This document shows, piece by piece, positions 1 to 8,910 of a stretch of 64,000 bases of DNA. A model generated the notes under the pieces. That model was not told the origin of the DNA. It did not search any database and saw only the letters and a program-made list of their open reading frames with translations. The DNA comes from Ilumatobacteraceae bacterium (GTDB lineage Bacteria > Actinomycetota > Acidimicrobiia > Acidimicrobiales > Ilumatobacteraceae), in the NCBI GenBank assembly GCA_031370825.1, contig JANMRB010000157.1, forward strand, positions 14,556 through 78,555. Reading direction: 5' to 3'. The first letter of the stretch is position 1; each line of letters begins with the position of its first letter. The position numbers and the translations under genes are program-made.

Positions 1-319
1 ACGTCAATCTGTCGTCGCGTTGCTGCGCTGCGCTGACGGCCAGCACCATCGTCAGGGAGCTCATCAGCAGTACGAAGCTGGAAACCGAGGTCAGCGGAAT
101 GTCCCAGAGCTGTGCCGGGCCCGGTGAGCCGGTGTGCCGGCCGCGGTACAGCATGTAGGTCGAGATCAAGCCGCCGAACAGCAGGCATTCGCTGCCGAGG
201 AACAGCCACATCGCCAGCTTGTTGTTGCTCAGGCCGGTCGACGTGACCATGTGCGCGCCGTGATCATCGTGAGCGGGATGGTCGTCGGCCGGAACCTCGA
301 CGAGAGTTGCCTCAGACAC
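1..319 (-). CDS. ctaE: cytochrome c oxidase subunit III, N-terminal part (3' end lies beyond the window start)
   Basis: Hand translation of the minus strand from GTG at 319-317 gives VSEATLVEVPADDHPAHDDHGAHMVTSTGLSNNKLAMWLFLGSECLLFGGLISTYMLYRGRHTG... NNKLxMWLFLxSE..LFG is the conserved start of HCO subunit III. The GTG overlaps the ctaD stop by 8 nt. It is absent from the ORF track because there is no stop in the window. Confidence 0.7.
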   Translation of the reverse strand, partial: MSEATLVEVPADDHPAHDDHGAHMVTSTGLSNNKLAMWLFLGSECLLFGGLISTYMLYRGRHTGSPGPAQLWDIPLTSVSSFVLLMSSLTMVLAVSAAQQRDDRLT

Positions 320-2321
320 TGGCAAGCTCCTTTGTGGGTTCGCCGCCCTGAGGCGGCGGGTCGTAGTCACTCTCGTCGGCAACCGAAGGCTCGAGGGCCC
401 ACGCGAAGATTCCCATCAACAGGATTGCCCCGCCGATAACGGTCAGCACGAGCGAGAAGATGACCCCGTAGGCCATGATCGGCAGAGCAATGGCCACAAT
501 CATCGGCCAGTACGACGCAGAAGGCATGTGGATGTTCTTGTCGGCGTTGGCCTCTTGCTCGGCGTGCAGCTCTTCTGCCGTTCGCACCTTGACAAGACGG
601 GGCCCTGCGTCGGTGTCGACCTCTTCGTATTTGAGGTGGAAGTACTCGTCGAGAGCGTGCACATGGGGAATGACGTCGAAGTTGTGCACCTTGGGCGGGT
701 TGTTTGTCAGCCATTCGAGGCTGCGCGCATCCCACGGGTCAAGCGGCGCTTTAGCGCCCTTTCGGGTCGTATGCCAGACGTTGACCAGGAACACGAAGAT
801 GCTGGCGGCGAGAATGAACGAGCCGACGGTGGCGACGGTGTTCCAGAAGTGGAGGTTGAAGAACCCCTCGCCTGTCAGCTTCTCGGGGTACACCACCATG
901 CGCCGTGGCTGGCCCTGCAGACCGAGGATGTGCATAGGGCCGAACGTCAGGTTCATGCCGATGACCATCAGCCAGAAGTTCCACTTGCCGAGCCTCTCGT
1001 CGAGCATCTTGCCGAAGATCTTCGGCCACCAGTAGTAGAAGCCGGAGAAGATCCCGAACACCGCACCGCCGAACAGCACGTAGTGGAAGTGGGCGACGAT
1101 GTAGTACGTGTCGGTCTGTTGGGTGTCTGATGGTGACACGGAGTGGGTGACACCCGAGAGTCCACCGATGGTGAACTCGACGATCAGACCGATGGCGAAC
1201 AACATCGCCGTGGTGAAACGGATCTTGCCGCCCCACATGGTGAGCGTCCAGTTGACGATCTTCACCCCGGTGGGGATGGCGATCAACATCGTGCTGACCG
1301 AGAACACCGCAACGCTGACGGGGCCGAGGCCGCTGGCGAACATGTGGTGAGCCCACACCCCCCATCCGATGAAGCCGATGGCTGCGCCGGAGAACACGAC
1401 GAACTTGTATCCGAACAACGGCTTGCGGCTGAACACCGGCAGCACCTCGCTGACGATGCCGAAACTGGGTAAGACGAGGATGTACACCTCGGGATGGCCG
1501 AATATCCAGAACAGGTGTTGCCAGAGCAACGGGTCTGCGCCCGCATCGACGTTGAAGAACTTGGCTCCGAAGACCCGCTGGAACATCAGCAGGAACAGGG
1601 CAACGGTGATGACCGGGATGGCGAACACCAGTAGGAACTGCACCACGAGGATCATCCACGTGAAGATGGGCATCTTCATCAGGGTCATGCCAGGAGCGCG
1701 CATGTTGAGGATCGTGACGATGAGGTTGAGCGCACCCGTCAACGAAGCGATACCGGTGATCTGCAGACCGAGCGACCAGAAGTCGACGCCATGCGTCGGT
1801 GAGAAGAGCGCGTTTGCATTGGGCTGGTACATGAACCAGCCGCCATCTGCGGCCCCACCGAGGAACCACGACGTGTTGAGGAAGATGCCGCCGAAGAGGA
1901 AGCACCAGAAGCCGAAGGCGTTGAGCCGGGGGAAGGCGACGTCGCGCGCGCCGATCTGCAGTGGCACGAAGTAGTTGGCCCACCCTGCCGCCATCGGCAT
2001 CACGAACAAGAAGATCACGGTCGTGGCATGCATGGTGAACATCTGGTTGTAGAGGCTGGCGCTGAGCACGGTGTTGTCGGGGGCGGCGAGCTGCGTGCGA
2101 ATCAGCAGCGCCTCGATGCCGCCGACGAGGAAGAAGAACACCGCCGCAGTGCCGTACATGATGCCGATCTTCTTGTGGTCGACGGTGAACAGCCACGACC
2201 GCCAGCCCGTGGTCGTGACCGGGCGGCGGAACACGCCGTACGACGAGGCGGGAGTGACGAATTGCGGCAGGTCGCCGCCCGGTAGGGCTGGAACTGTTGA
2301 GGGTCGTTCGATGATGGCCAT
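312..2321 (-). CDS. ctaD: cytochrome c oxidase subunit I (aa3/caa3 type) with a C-terminal two-helix extension
   Basis: 669-aa ORF. The N-terminus has TVDHKKIG. All six metal-ligand His are visible: FTMHATTVIF, WIFGHPEVYILVLP, WAHHMF, VAHFHYVLFGG. About 110 extra C-terminal residues contain HMPSASYWPMIVAIALPIMAYGVIF... Confidence 0.95.
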   Translation of the reverse strand: MAIIERPSTVPALPGGDLPQFVTPASSYGVFRRPVTTTGWRSWLFTVDHKKIGIMYGTAAVFFFLVGGIEALLIRTQLAAPDNTVLSASLYNQMFTMHATTVIFLFVMPMAAGWANYFVPLQIGARDVAFPRLNAFGFWCFLFGGIFLNTSWFLGGAADGGWFMYQPNANALFSPTHGVDFWSLGLQITGIASLTGALNLIVTILNMRAPGMTLMKMPIFTWMILVVQFLLVFAIPVITVALFLLMFQRVFGAKFFNVDAGADPLLWQHLFWIFGHPEVYILVLPSFGIVSEVLPVFSRKPLFGYKFVVFSGAAIGFIGWGVWAHHMFASGLGPVSVAVFSVSTMLIAIPTGVKIVNWTLTMWGGKIRFTTAMLFAIGLIVEFTIGGLSGVTHSVSPSDTQQTDTYYIVAHFHYVLFGGAVFGIFSGFYYWWPKIFGKMLDERLGKWNFWLMVIGMNLTFGPMHILGLQGQPRRMVVYPEKLTGEGFFNLHFWNTVATVGSFILAASIFVFLVNVWHTTRKGAKAPLDPWDARSLEWLTNNPPKVHNFDVIPHVHALDEYFHLKYEEVDTDAGPRLVKVRTAEELHAEQEANADKNIHMPSASYWPMIVAIALPIMAYGVIFSLVLTVIGGAILLMGIFAWALEPSVADESDYDPPPQGGEPTKELASV

Positions 2322-2333
2322 CTGGGATCAGCC

Positions 2334-3584
2334 TTACTTCCGCTCGAGCAGGTAGGCGACGATCTGATCGATCTGATCGTCGGTGAGTTTCAGGTTTGGC
2401 ATGCCACGGTACTTCCCGCCGTTCTCGTCCTTCTGCGCCTCGCTGGAGTACATCGGCTTCTTCGCCGGCGCATTGCGAACCCACTCACGCAGTTCGGCTT
2501 CGTTGAAACAGTCCGGTGTGACGCCCTTCAGGTACAACGCGCCGAACTCCTCAGGGCTGGCATCATGCAGCGCCTTGCGGCAGGAATCGGTCAGCAGGTC
2601 GAACGTTGCTCCGGCGAACGTGGTGCGAGACATCAGGTGGGTCAGGTTCGGCGCGTTTCCGGCAATGACATAGAGATCGGGGAAGGCGATGACGGGCTTC
2701 GTGGAGTTGGTCCCGTCTGGGTTCTCGTCCATCAAACCGTTGACCTGATGACAACGAGAGCACTGCGTGCGGAACACGTCTTCGCCCTGCAGCGCAAGCG
2801 GATCGGTCGGCTTCGCAGCGGGTTCCAACTGGTTGGCGACCCACGTCGAGAAGTCGGCGGAGTTGAGGCCGACCGCGTCCATCCGCATCCGGGCATGGCT
2901 GAGACCGCAGAACTCCGTGCATTGACCCGCAAAGATGCCGGGATGATCCGCTTCCATGCGCAGCGGATGGATTCGACCGGGCACTGCGTCGCGCTTGCCG
3001 TTGAGCTTGGGGATCCAGAAGGAGTGGATGACGTCGTTGCTGGTGATGCGCAGCAGCACGTGGACTTTGGTCGGCAAGACCAGCTCGCCACTGGTCACGA
3101 GTGGCTCGGCGATTTCGACGCCACCGCAGTTCTGCACCGGGTACTCGTATTCCCACCACCACTGTTGACCCGTGACGTTGACGACACACTGCGTGTCGCT
3201 GGTCTTGGCAAGCGAGAACACCGTGCTGACCGTGGGAATCCCGACGGCGATGAGGATCACAGCGGGAAGGATCGTCAGACCGATCTCGAGGGTTGGATTG
3301 CCGTGGGTCTGCCGCGGCATCTCTTGCCCGTGATCACGGAACCGGATGACGACGTAGATGATCGCACCGAACACGATGAGGCCGACGATCCCGGCGACCA
3401 GAAATACCGGCCACTGCAGGTTCTGAATCTTCTGAGCGTTCTCGCCTTCCGGCTTGAACGTGTCTTGTGGGGCGTTACGGGCGCAGCCGCCGAGCACTGC
3501 TGCCGCAGCGATCACGGCCATGACAACGGCCGATCGCTGTTTCACACGTCGCACGGTACTCACTGGTTGTTCGACTCCGCTCAT
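2334..3584 (-). CDS. ctaC: cytochrome c oxidase subunit II fused to a cytochrome c domain (caa3-type)
   Basis: 416-aa ORF with a lipoprotein-like signal (AAVLGGCA) and two TM helices. CuA site: VIHSFWIP ... CTEFCGLSHARM. C-terminal haem c motif: CSRCH. Confidence 0.9.
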   Translation of the reverse strand: MSGVEQPVSTVRRVKQRSAVVMAVIAAAAVLGGCARNAPQDTFKPEGENAQKIQNLQWPVFLVAGIVGLIVFGAIIYVVIRFRDHGQEMPRQTHGNPTLEIGLTILPAVILIAVGIPTVSTVFSLAKTSDTQCVVNVTGQQWWWEYEYPVQNCGGVEIAEPLVTSGELVLPTKVHVLLRITSNDVIHSFWIPKLNGKRDAVPGRIHPLRMEADHPGIFAGQCTEFCGLSHARMRMDAVGLNSADFSTWVANQLEPAAKPTDPLALQGEDVFRTQCSRCHQVNGLMDENPDGTNSTKPVIAFPDLYVIAGNAPNLTHLMSRTTFAGATFDLLTDSCRKALHDASPEEFGALYLKGVTPDCFNEAELREWVRNAPAKKPMYSSEAQKDENGGKYRGMPNLKLTDDQIDQIVAYLLERK

Positions 3585-3586
3585 CG

Positions 3587-4750
3587 CTATGGGACCATGA
3601 TTTCGATGGGCTCCAAGCCTTCTACACCCGGCGCGGTGAAGGTGTACGGCTGGGAGCTGGCGATCGATGGCTTGGGCAGCACGAAGGAGAGGAACTGGCT
3701 GCCGCCGGGATGCACGAGGGTCGTGCAGTTCTTCGGTCGCTCCTTGACCACGGTTCCGTTGATGTCCTTCTCGAACTCGCCCATGTTGATGGTCAGCCGC
3801 CGAGGCACCGAATCGCGATTCTTGTAGATCACGTTGACTACGTTGCCGCGCGAGACTGTGACCGGGTCCTGATTTCCAGGGATCCCCAGCTCATGGGCAG
3901 TGAGCTTGCCGTTTTCCAAGGTCACGGTGATCCCGATCGCAGCCTTGGACGCAACGGCCTGCGATCCCTTGTCGTCGATCTCGGCCTGTTCGCCAGGGCC
4001 CTCTTCGGCGAGGTCACACACGGCCCCGTTGTCGGATCCTGTCGTCGGGTGAGCCGGGATCGTGCGCTGGCCATCGACCGCCATCACTGCGCCGGTGCTG
4101 ACGAGACCGAGCATTGCTATCGCGCAAACGCCGGTGATGACGCCCTTCTTGAGGCTCGGTCTCGATGCGAACAGGAACCCGCCGAACAGGACCAGCGCAC
4201 CGGCGATGATGAACACGACCGGACCGCCGCTCTTGTCGATCCACAACATGATGCGTGAGAACGAGTAGATGATCGCAGCGAGCCCTGCTGCGGCAAGCAC
4301 AGGAAACTCGATGGGGTGAAGCATTCGCTTGCGGAGGTCGGCGTTGTATGCAGCGTCTGTCGAAGCCCGTTCGCTCCAGCCGTGCACCATCCACTCGACG
4401 GCAGCCGCCAGCAACAGCACGACACCGGCCTTGAACACGATCGGCTTCGAGACTGCACCGACGGCGATTGCTCCCACGGCAACTGCGCAGAGAGCCGGCC
4501 ACATGCTGCGTTCGACCGGAGGTTGCGCTGCCGGGGACGCAGTCGTGGCGTCGTCGGACATCGCCGACACGTTGCCGTCGCGGACCATGTAGTTGACGTA
4601 GAACAGGAAAGCGAACACGAGCGCCGCGGTGAGCAAACCCATGACGCCGAGCCAACCGTCGGCACCTCCCTTGGACAGGCCGAAGATGACTGCAGCGACG
4701 ACCGCCAACACGGTGGCCCCGAGGAAGAGTTTGGATCCTGTGGTGAACAT
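3587..4750 (-). CDS. hypothetical polytopic membrane protein (about 7 TM) with a C-terminal beta-rich, cupredoxin-like soluble domain
   Basis: 387-aa ORF with a GAGGGG Shine-Dalgarno just upstream. Seven hydrophobic segments are followed by about 150 aa (ITVTLENGKLTAHELG..VTVSRGNVVNVIYKNRDSVPRRLTINM..NCTTLVHPGGSQFLSF). Its stop lies 2 nt from the ctaC start. The function is not recognised. Confidence 0.65.
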   Translation of the reverse strand: MFTTGSKLFLGATVLAVVAAVIFGLSKGGADGWLGVMGLLTAALVFAFLFYVNYMVRDGNVSAMSDDATTASPAAQPPVERSMWPALCAVAVGAIAVGAVSKPIVFKAGVVLLLAAAVEWMVHGWSERASTDAAYNADLRKRMLHPIEFPVLAAAGLAAIIYSFSRIMLWIDKSGGPVVFIIAGALVLFGGFLFASRPSLKKGVITGVCAIAMLGLVSTGAVMAVDGQRTIPAHPTTGSDNGAVCDLAEEGPGEQAEIDDKGSQAVASKAAIGITVTLENGKLTAHELGIPGNQDPVTVSRGNVVNVIYKNRDSVPRRLTINMGEFEKDINGTVVKERPKNCTTLVHPGGSQFLSFVLPKPSIASSQPYTFTAPGVEGLEPIEIMVP

Positions 4751-4763
4751 TCGTGCCCCTCGC

Positions 4764-5354
4764 CTACTTCGTCACGTACACCACGAACCACAGTGCGAAG
4801 AACAACGCACCGAGGAAGTACCAATACAGAGCATGCGCTGACACGATCTCGCGATCCGACGTTCGACCACCCATGTAGCGAAACGCCGTGATCACGCTGA
4901 AGCCGATACCGATGATCAACAGCAACATGAACGTGCCGGTGATCGCATAGAACATCGAGTTGTACGCCGTCGGCGTCTTGCCGGCGATCGGCAGCTTCAT
5001 GCGGACGTAGATGAACGCCTGTGCATTGACGATCGCTGCGCCGATCACCGCGACGAGCGTCAGTCCGAGCGCCGCCTGGCTGCGGGCGTCGCGCCGTGCA
5101 GCATGCACCGTCCACTGGGCGAAGACGAAGATGAGGACGAACGCCAACAACATCGTGTTGGCCGGCACCATCGGGACCTTGGTGCCCTTGGGAATCCAGC
5201 GACCGCCTGGAACGTCGATGGCGTTGGTTCGAAAGCGCATCCACAGCGCCAACATCGCCCCGATCAGCGAGCCGGCGGCCACGCACCCCAGAGCGGTGCC
5301 GACGAAGACCTGGCGTCGCGGGGCCGGCGGCGCAGCAGAGGGCAGAGCGAGCAT
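4764..5354 (-). CDS. haem-copper oxidase subunit III-like membrane protein
   Basis: The ORF track gives 237 aa. The likely start is the internal ATG at 5354 (MLALPSAAPP...), which overlaps the upstream stop as TGATG. It has five hydrophobic helices and a C-terminus HALYWYFLGALFFALWFVVYVTK typical of subunit III. Confidence 0.7.
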   Translation of the reverse strand: MLALPSAAPPAPRRQVFVGTALGCVAAGSLIGAMLALWMRFRTNAIDVPGGRWIPKGTKVPMVPANTMLLAFVLIFVFAQWTVHAARRDARSQAALGLTLVAVIGAAIVNAQAFIYVRMKLPIAGKTPTAYNSMFYAITGTFMLLLIIGIGFSVITAFRYMGGRTSDREIVSAHALYWYFLGALFFALWFVVYVTK

Positions 5355-6973
5355 CAGCCATCCCTCCGTGGCTTCAAGTCGAGCAGCGGTTCGGCGGACG
5401 CCACGGTGTGCACATCGCCGAAGTTTGCATATGGCGCGGGTGACGACGTAGCCCACTCGAGCGTCTGACCGTCCCACGGGTCGTCACCCGAAGCGTCTCC
5501 CCGGCTGAACGAGCGCGCCGCGAGTGCGACGAAGGCGACGACCGTGACGAGCATCAGCACATGACCGGCGGCCGCAAGACCGTTCCACAGGTTCTGCGGG
5601 CCTGAGTAGTCGAACTCGGTGGCGTTGCCGGGCTGCTTCGCAAATCCGGCGATGAGGTAGGGCAACGAGGCGAGCACGGTGGCGATGAAGCCCAGCGCGG
5701 CGAGTGGCATGACGAGCTTGTCGGGGATCAGTCGACCCCACAGCTTGGGACCCCAATAGGTGATGGCTCCGAGGCCGCTGAGCACAGCGCCGTAGACGAT
5801 GTAGACCCAGACACCTTCCTCGAACACCGTTCCTGCTAGTTGGGCGTCGCCTACCTGGTAGATGGCGTTGGCGAGGATGCCGACGAAGACCATCAGCGCT
5901 CCGAGCAGGCCGAACAGCAGCGGCGCAATGATCCGAGGCCTGGCGCCGCGCATCGAGAGTGCGCCGAGAGAGACGACGATGAAACCGCCGAGAATCGGCA
6001 ACAGGTTGAAGAGCGCATATGGCACGATGTCGCTGAGCCACGGGCCCAAGGACGCGTGGCTGATGTCGCGAGACAGTGCTACAGGTTGTTGCAGCACGGC
6101 ACCCAAGGCGGCGCTGATGCCGACCAGAGCGATGCCGGTGAACACGACGCCCCGCATCGCGAGCTTGCGTCCACTGGCCACGGCAATCACTTCGGCGGCG
6201 AACCCGAACACTGGAACCGCGTAGACGAACGTTGCCGGCTGGGTGAACCCGAAACCGATCCAATCATTGATCGCCTGATTCCCTCCGAAGCCGACGCGGC
6301 TGTAGCGGTAGTCGAGGTAGGTGAAGATCGAGGCGCCCACGACCGCGGGAAGCACCAGCAGCAGGCCGAGCGAGCCAACGAGCGCTGACCAGCTGAAGAC
6401 CGGAACGCGTCGCATGTTCATTCCCGGAGCCCTGGTCGTGAGCACGGAGGTTGCCAGCGAACCTGCAGCTGCTGCCAAACCGAGCAGCAGAACGATGTGG
6501 CTGACCAGGAACAGGCCGACGAACTTGGGATCGCCACCACCGGGGCCGCCGTTGGCTGCGATCGAGATCACTACCAGTACAGCGCCGACGAACCACGTCC
6601 AGAATCCGGCGGCCGCGAGCCGGGGGAAGGTCAACGACCGCGCCCCGAGCTGAAGCGGGACGATGGCGATGGCGACACCGAGCAACAGCGGCACCAAGAC
6701 GATGCACGTGAGGCCGATCCTGTAGAGCGAGAACAGCTGCGGAATCGCGTTGGAATCGAGCATCGAACCCTTGGCGTCGATGCGTTCGATCCCGAGCAGC
6801 GCTGCTATCACGATCAGGCCGAGCAGGCCGACGAGCGAGACGGCGATGAACAGTCGGCCGATGCGTTTGTGATCGGTCGTCGTCAACCAATCGCCCACCG
6901 ACGACACGCGAGCGCTGGGCGATGCTGTAACGCCCCCTGCGGCGCCGGCGGCGTGCGTATCGATGGTGGTCAT
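5354..6973 (-). CDS. haem-copper oxidase subunit I paralogue lacking all metal-ligand histidines
   Basis: 539-aa ORF with clear CoxI N- and C-terminal signatures: DWLTTTDHKRIGRLFI, VPLQLGARSLTFPRLAAAGFW, TYWGPKLWG, DPWDGQTLEWATSSPAPYANFGDV. The segments aligned to the CtaD ligand motifs contain no His: LYRIGLTCIVLVP, TQPATFVYAVPVFG, GAVLQQPV, EEGVWVYIVYGAV. Confidence 0.8.
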   Translation of the reverse strand: MTTIDTHAAGAAGGVTASPSARVSSVGDWLTTTDHKRIGRLFIAVSLVGLLGLIVIAALLGIERIDAKGSMLDSNAIPQLFSLYRIGLTCIVLVPLLLGVAIAIVPLQLGARSLTFPRLAAAGFWTWFVGAVLVVISIAANGGPGGGDPKFVGLFLVSHIVLLLGLAAAAGSLATSVLTTRAPGMNMRRVPVFSWSALVGSLGLLLVLPAVVGASIFTYLDYRYSRVGFGGNQAINDWIGFGFTQPATFVYAVPVFGFAAEVIAVASGRKLAMRGVVFTGIALVGISAALGAVLQQPVALSRDISHASLGPWLSDIVPYALFNLLPILGGFIVVSLGALSMRGARPRIIAPLLFGLLGALMVFVGILANAIYQVGDAQLAGTVFEEGVWVYIVYGAVLSGLGAITYWGPKLWGRLIPDKLVMPLAALGFIATVLASLPYLIAGFAKQPGNATEFDYSGPQNLWNGLAAAGHVLMLVTVVAFVALAARSFSRGDASGDDPWDGQTLEWATSSPAPYANFGDVHTVASAEPLLDLKPRRDG

Positions 6974-6995
6974 AGGCAGCGAACTCTTTTCGTTT

Positions 6996-7017
6996 CGGGC
7001 GCGCTGGCGCGCGCCCG
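6996..7017 (-). other. GC-rich stem-loop between ctaB and the oxidase operon
   Basis: CGGGCGCGC-tggc-GCGCGCCCG forms a perfect 9-bp stem. It lies 79 nt downstream of the ctaB stop and 23 nt upstream of the subunit-I-like start. There is no U-tract on the minus-strand transcript, so it is not a canonical intrinsic terminator. Confidence 0.3.
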
Positions 7018-7095
7018 ATTCAGTGCTCGATCGGTTACGGACGATTGGGTTACACCTGCGAGATTACCCATAGGCCGGCGCGCGGGCGGAAATCC

Positions 7096-8058
7096 TCAGA
7101 CGCCCGAGCGCACCAGAATGTCGATCGTCATCGCGGCGAACAACAACGTGACGTAGGTGATGCTGAACCCGAACACGCGCATCGACCGTTGCGGCGTCGG
7201 GTTTTTGCCGAGATCGACCGTGCTCCACAGGAACAGGCCTCCGGCGATGACGGCGGTGGCTATGTAGATCACGCCGAGATGGGCCACCGGGATCAGCACC
7301 AGTGTGAACGCGACCATCAGCACGGTGTACCCCACCATCTTGCGCACCGTGACCTCGGCCGACTTCACCGCCGGCAACATCGGGACATTCGCTGCCCGGT
7401 AATCGTCGGCGTAGCGAATGGCCAGAGCCCAGAAGTGTGGGGGCGTCCACAGGAACATCACGACGAACAGCACCACAGGTGACCACGCGACGTCGTTTCG
7501 CACCGCGGCCCACCCGACCAGCACGGGCACAGCACCCGCTGCACCCCCGATGACGATGTTCTGGGTGCTCGTTCGCTTCAACCACAACGTGTAGACGAAG
7601 ACGTAGAACAGCGTCGCCGACAGCGCCAGGACAGCCGACAACAGGTTGGCACCAGCCCACAGCACACCGAACGCGATGGCTTCCAGGGCGAGCGCGAAGA
7701 TCAGGGCATTGCGCGGTTGGATGAGGCCAGTGACGAGGGGTCGCCCCTGCGTGCGCGGCATCAGCTTGTCGATGTCGCGGTCGACGACCATGTTGATGGC
7801 ATTGGCGCCGCCGGCAGCCAGGGTTCCGCCGACCAGAGTGATCGCAACCAGCGACCAGGACGGCCAACCACGCTGCGCAAGCACCATGGTGGGCACCGTC
7901 GTGATCAGCAGCAGCTCGATGATCCGCGGCTTGGTCAGTGCGACGTAACCGCCGAAGGCGGTGGTCGGCGTGCGACGAGCGCCGTGGGCTATGCCGTCTC
8001 GACCGAGCCGAGAAGGGGCGAGCCGCGACGGCACAAGAGGACGAGCACCGACGGCCAT
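7096..8058 (-). CDS. ctaB: protohaem IX farnesyltransferase (haem O synthase)
   Basis: [23 protein letters not shown] plus a polytopic UbiA-type body. The ORF track extends to 8214, but that would overlap clpS. I chose the ATG at 8058 (MAVGARPL...). The start is uncertain. Confidence 0.85.
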   Translation of the reverse strand: MAVGARPLVPSRLAPSRLGRDGIAHGARRTPTTAFGGYVALTKPRIIELLLITTVPTMVLAQRGWPSWSLVAITLVGGTLAAGGANAINMVVDRDIDKLMPRTQGRPLVTGLIQPRNALIFALALEAIAFGVLWAGANLLSAVLALSATLFYVFVYTLWLKRTSTQNIVIGGAAGAVPVLVGWAAVRNDVAWSPVVLFVVMFLWTPPHFWALAIRYADDYRAANVPMLPAVKSAEVTVRKMVGYTVLMVAFTLVLIPVAHLGVIYIATAVIAGGLFLWSTVDLGKNPTPQRSMRVFGFSITYVTLLFAAMTIDILVRSGV

Positions 8059-8110
8059 TGCACCATGGTACGGGCGCGACAAGACGCCGGCCAAGCGGCA
8101 GAATGGGAAC

Positions 8111-8407
8111 ATGGCCTCCATGCCCGCTCCTGTCGAAGTCGGCGAGATCGATGTCGACGACGAAATCGTGCCCGACCGGCCATGGATCGTGCTGGTTTGG
8201 AACGACCCGATCAATCTGATGAGCTACGTCACGTTCGTGTTTCAGAAGGTCTTCGGCTACAGCCTCGAAAAAGCCACGTCGTTGATGCTCGACGTGCACG
8301 AGAAGGGCCGCGCGGTGGTGTCGAGCGGTGCCCGAGAGAAGGCTGAGATCGACGTGTTCAGATTGCACGAGCACGGCTTGTGGGCCACGATGCAGCAAGA
8401 CGACTGA
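8111..8407 (+). CDS. clpS: ATP-dependent Clp protease adaptor ClpS
   Basis: [47 protein letters not shown] is the ClpS core. I chose the internal ATG at 8111 ([10 protein letters not shown]), which gives about 98 aa. Confidence 0.9.
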   Translation: MASMPAPVEVGEIDVDDEIVPDRPWIVLVWNDPINLMSYVTFVFQKVFGYSLEKATSLMLDVHEKGRAVVSSGAREKAEIDVFRLHEHGLWATMQQDD

Positions 8408-8904
8408 TGGCTCGCAAACGTGCCTTCATCCCACCGATCGAACGCGTTCGAGGCGGCTTTGCGTTCAACATCGGCGAGGATGAACGACAGCTGGTCTCGA
8501 GATTGCTCACCGAGCTCAGCCAACTCCTGATGGGTGAATCCGGTGACCCGCGGTTGGTCCGCATCTTCCCGCCTGCGTACCACCTTGCCGACGATGCCGA
8601 GGCCGACGCCGAGTACCAGCGACTGATGCGTGAAGACCTCGTGGCCTCGAGGCTGTCGGGAATCACCACGGTCACCGAAGCCCTGCAAGCACCGGGACCC
8701 GTCGGCGAAGAGGCGATGATCGCATTCGTCCAGGCCATCAACGGCTTGCGTCTCGTACTCGGGACGATGCTGGACGTCGACGAGGATCACGACCCCGACG
8801 ACATCGACGACACCGACCCGCTCGTCGGCGAGCATCACCTCTACAACTTCTTGAGCTGGCTGCTCGATTGGGCGGTACGCGCGTTGGGCGAGCCGATCAA
8901 GTAG
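8407..8904 (+). CDS. DUF2017-type protein, the usual ClpS partner in actinobacteria
   Basis: The start ATG overlaps the clpS TGA as TGATG. The protein is acidic, about 165 aa ([30 protein letters not shown]...). The position after clpS is the conserved actinobacterial arrangement. Confidence 0.65.
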   Translation: MARKRAFIPPIERVRGGFAFNIGEDERQLVSRLLTELSQLLMGESGDPRLVRIFPPAYHLADDAEADAEYQRLMREDLVASRLSGITTVTEALQAPGPVGEEAMIAFVQAINGLRLVLGTMLDVDEDHDPDDIDDTDPLVGEHHLYNFLSWLLDWAVRALGEPIK

Positions 8905-8910
8905 CCCGAT

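Noticed and set aside
751-2484. 577-aa ORF antisense to and overlapping ctaD. Many similar long antisense or off-frame ORFs appear in the track: 2565..3827, 4117..5361, 11593..13038, 14745..15893, 20047..21195, 26477..27574, 37000..38121, 38373..39509, 55570..57363, 58184..59674.
   Set aside because: Their translations are Arg/Pro/Gly/His-rich low-complexity strings with no recognisable motifs. Each lies opposite, or out of frame with, a gene whose product has clear family signatures. This is the expected stop-codon-poor artefact of GC-rich DNA.
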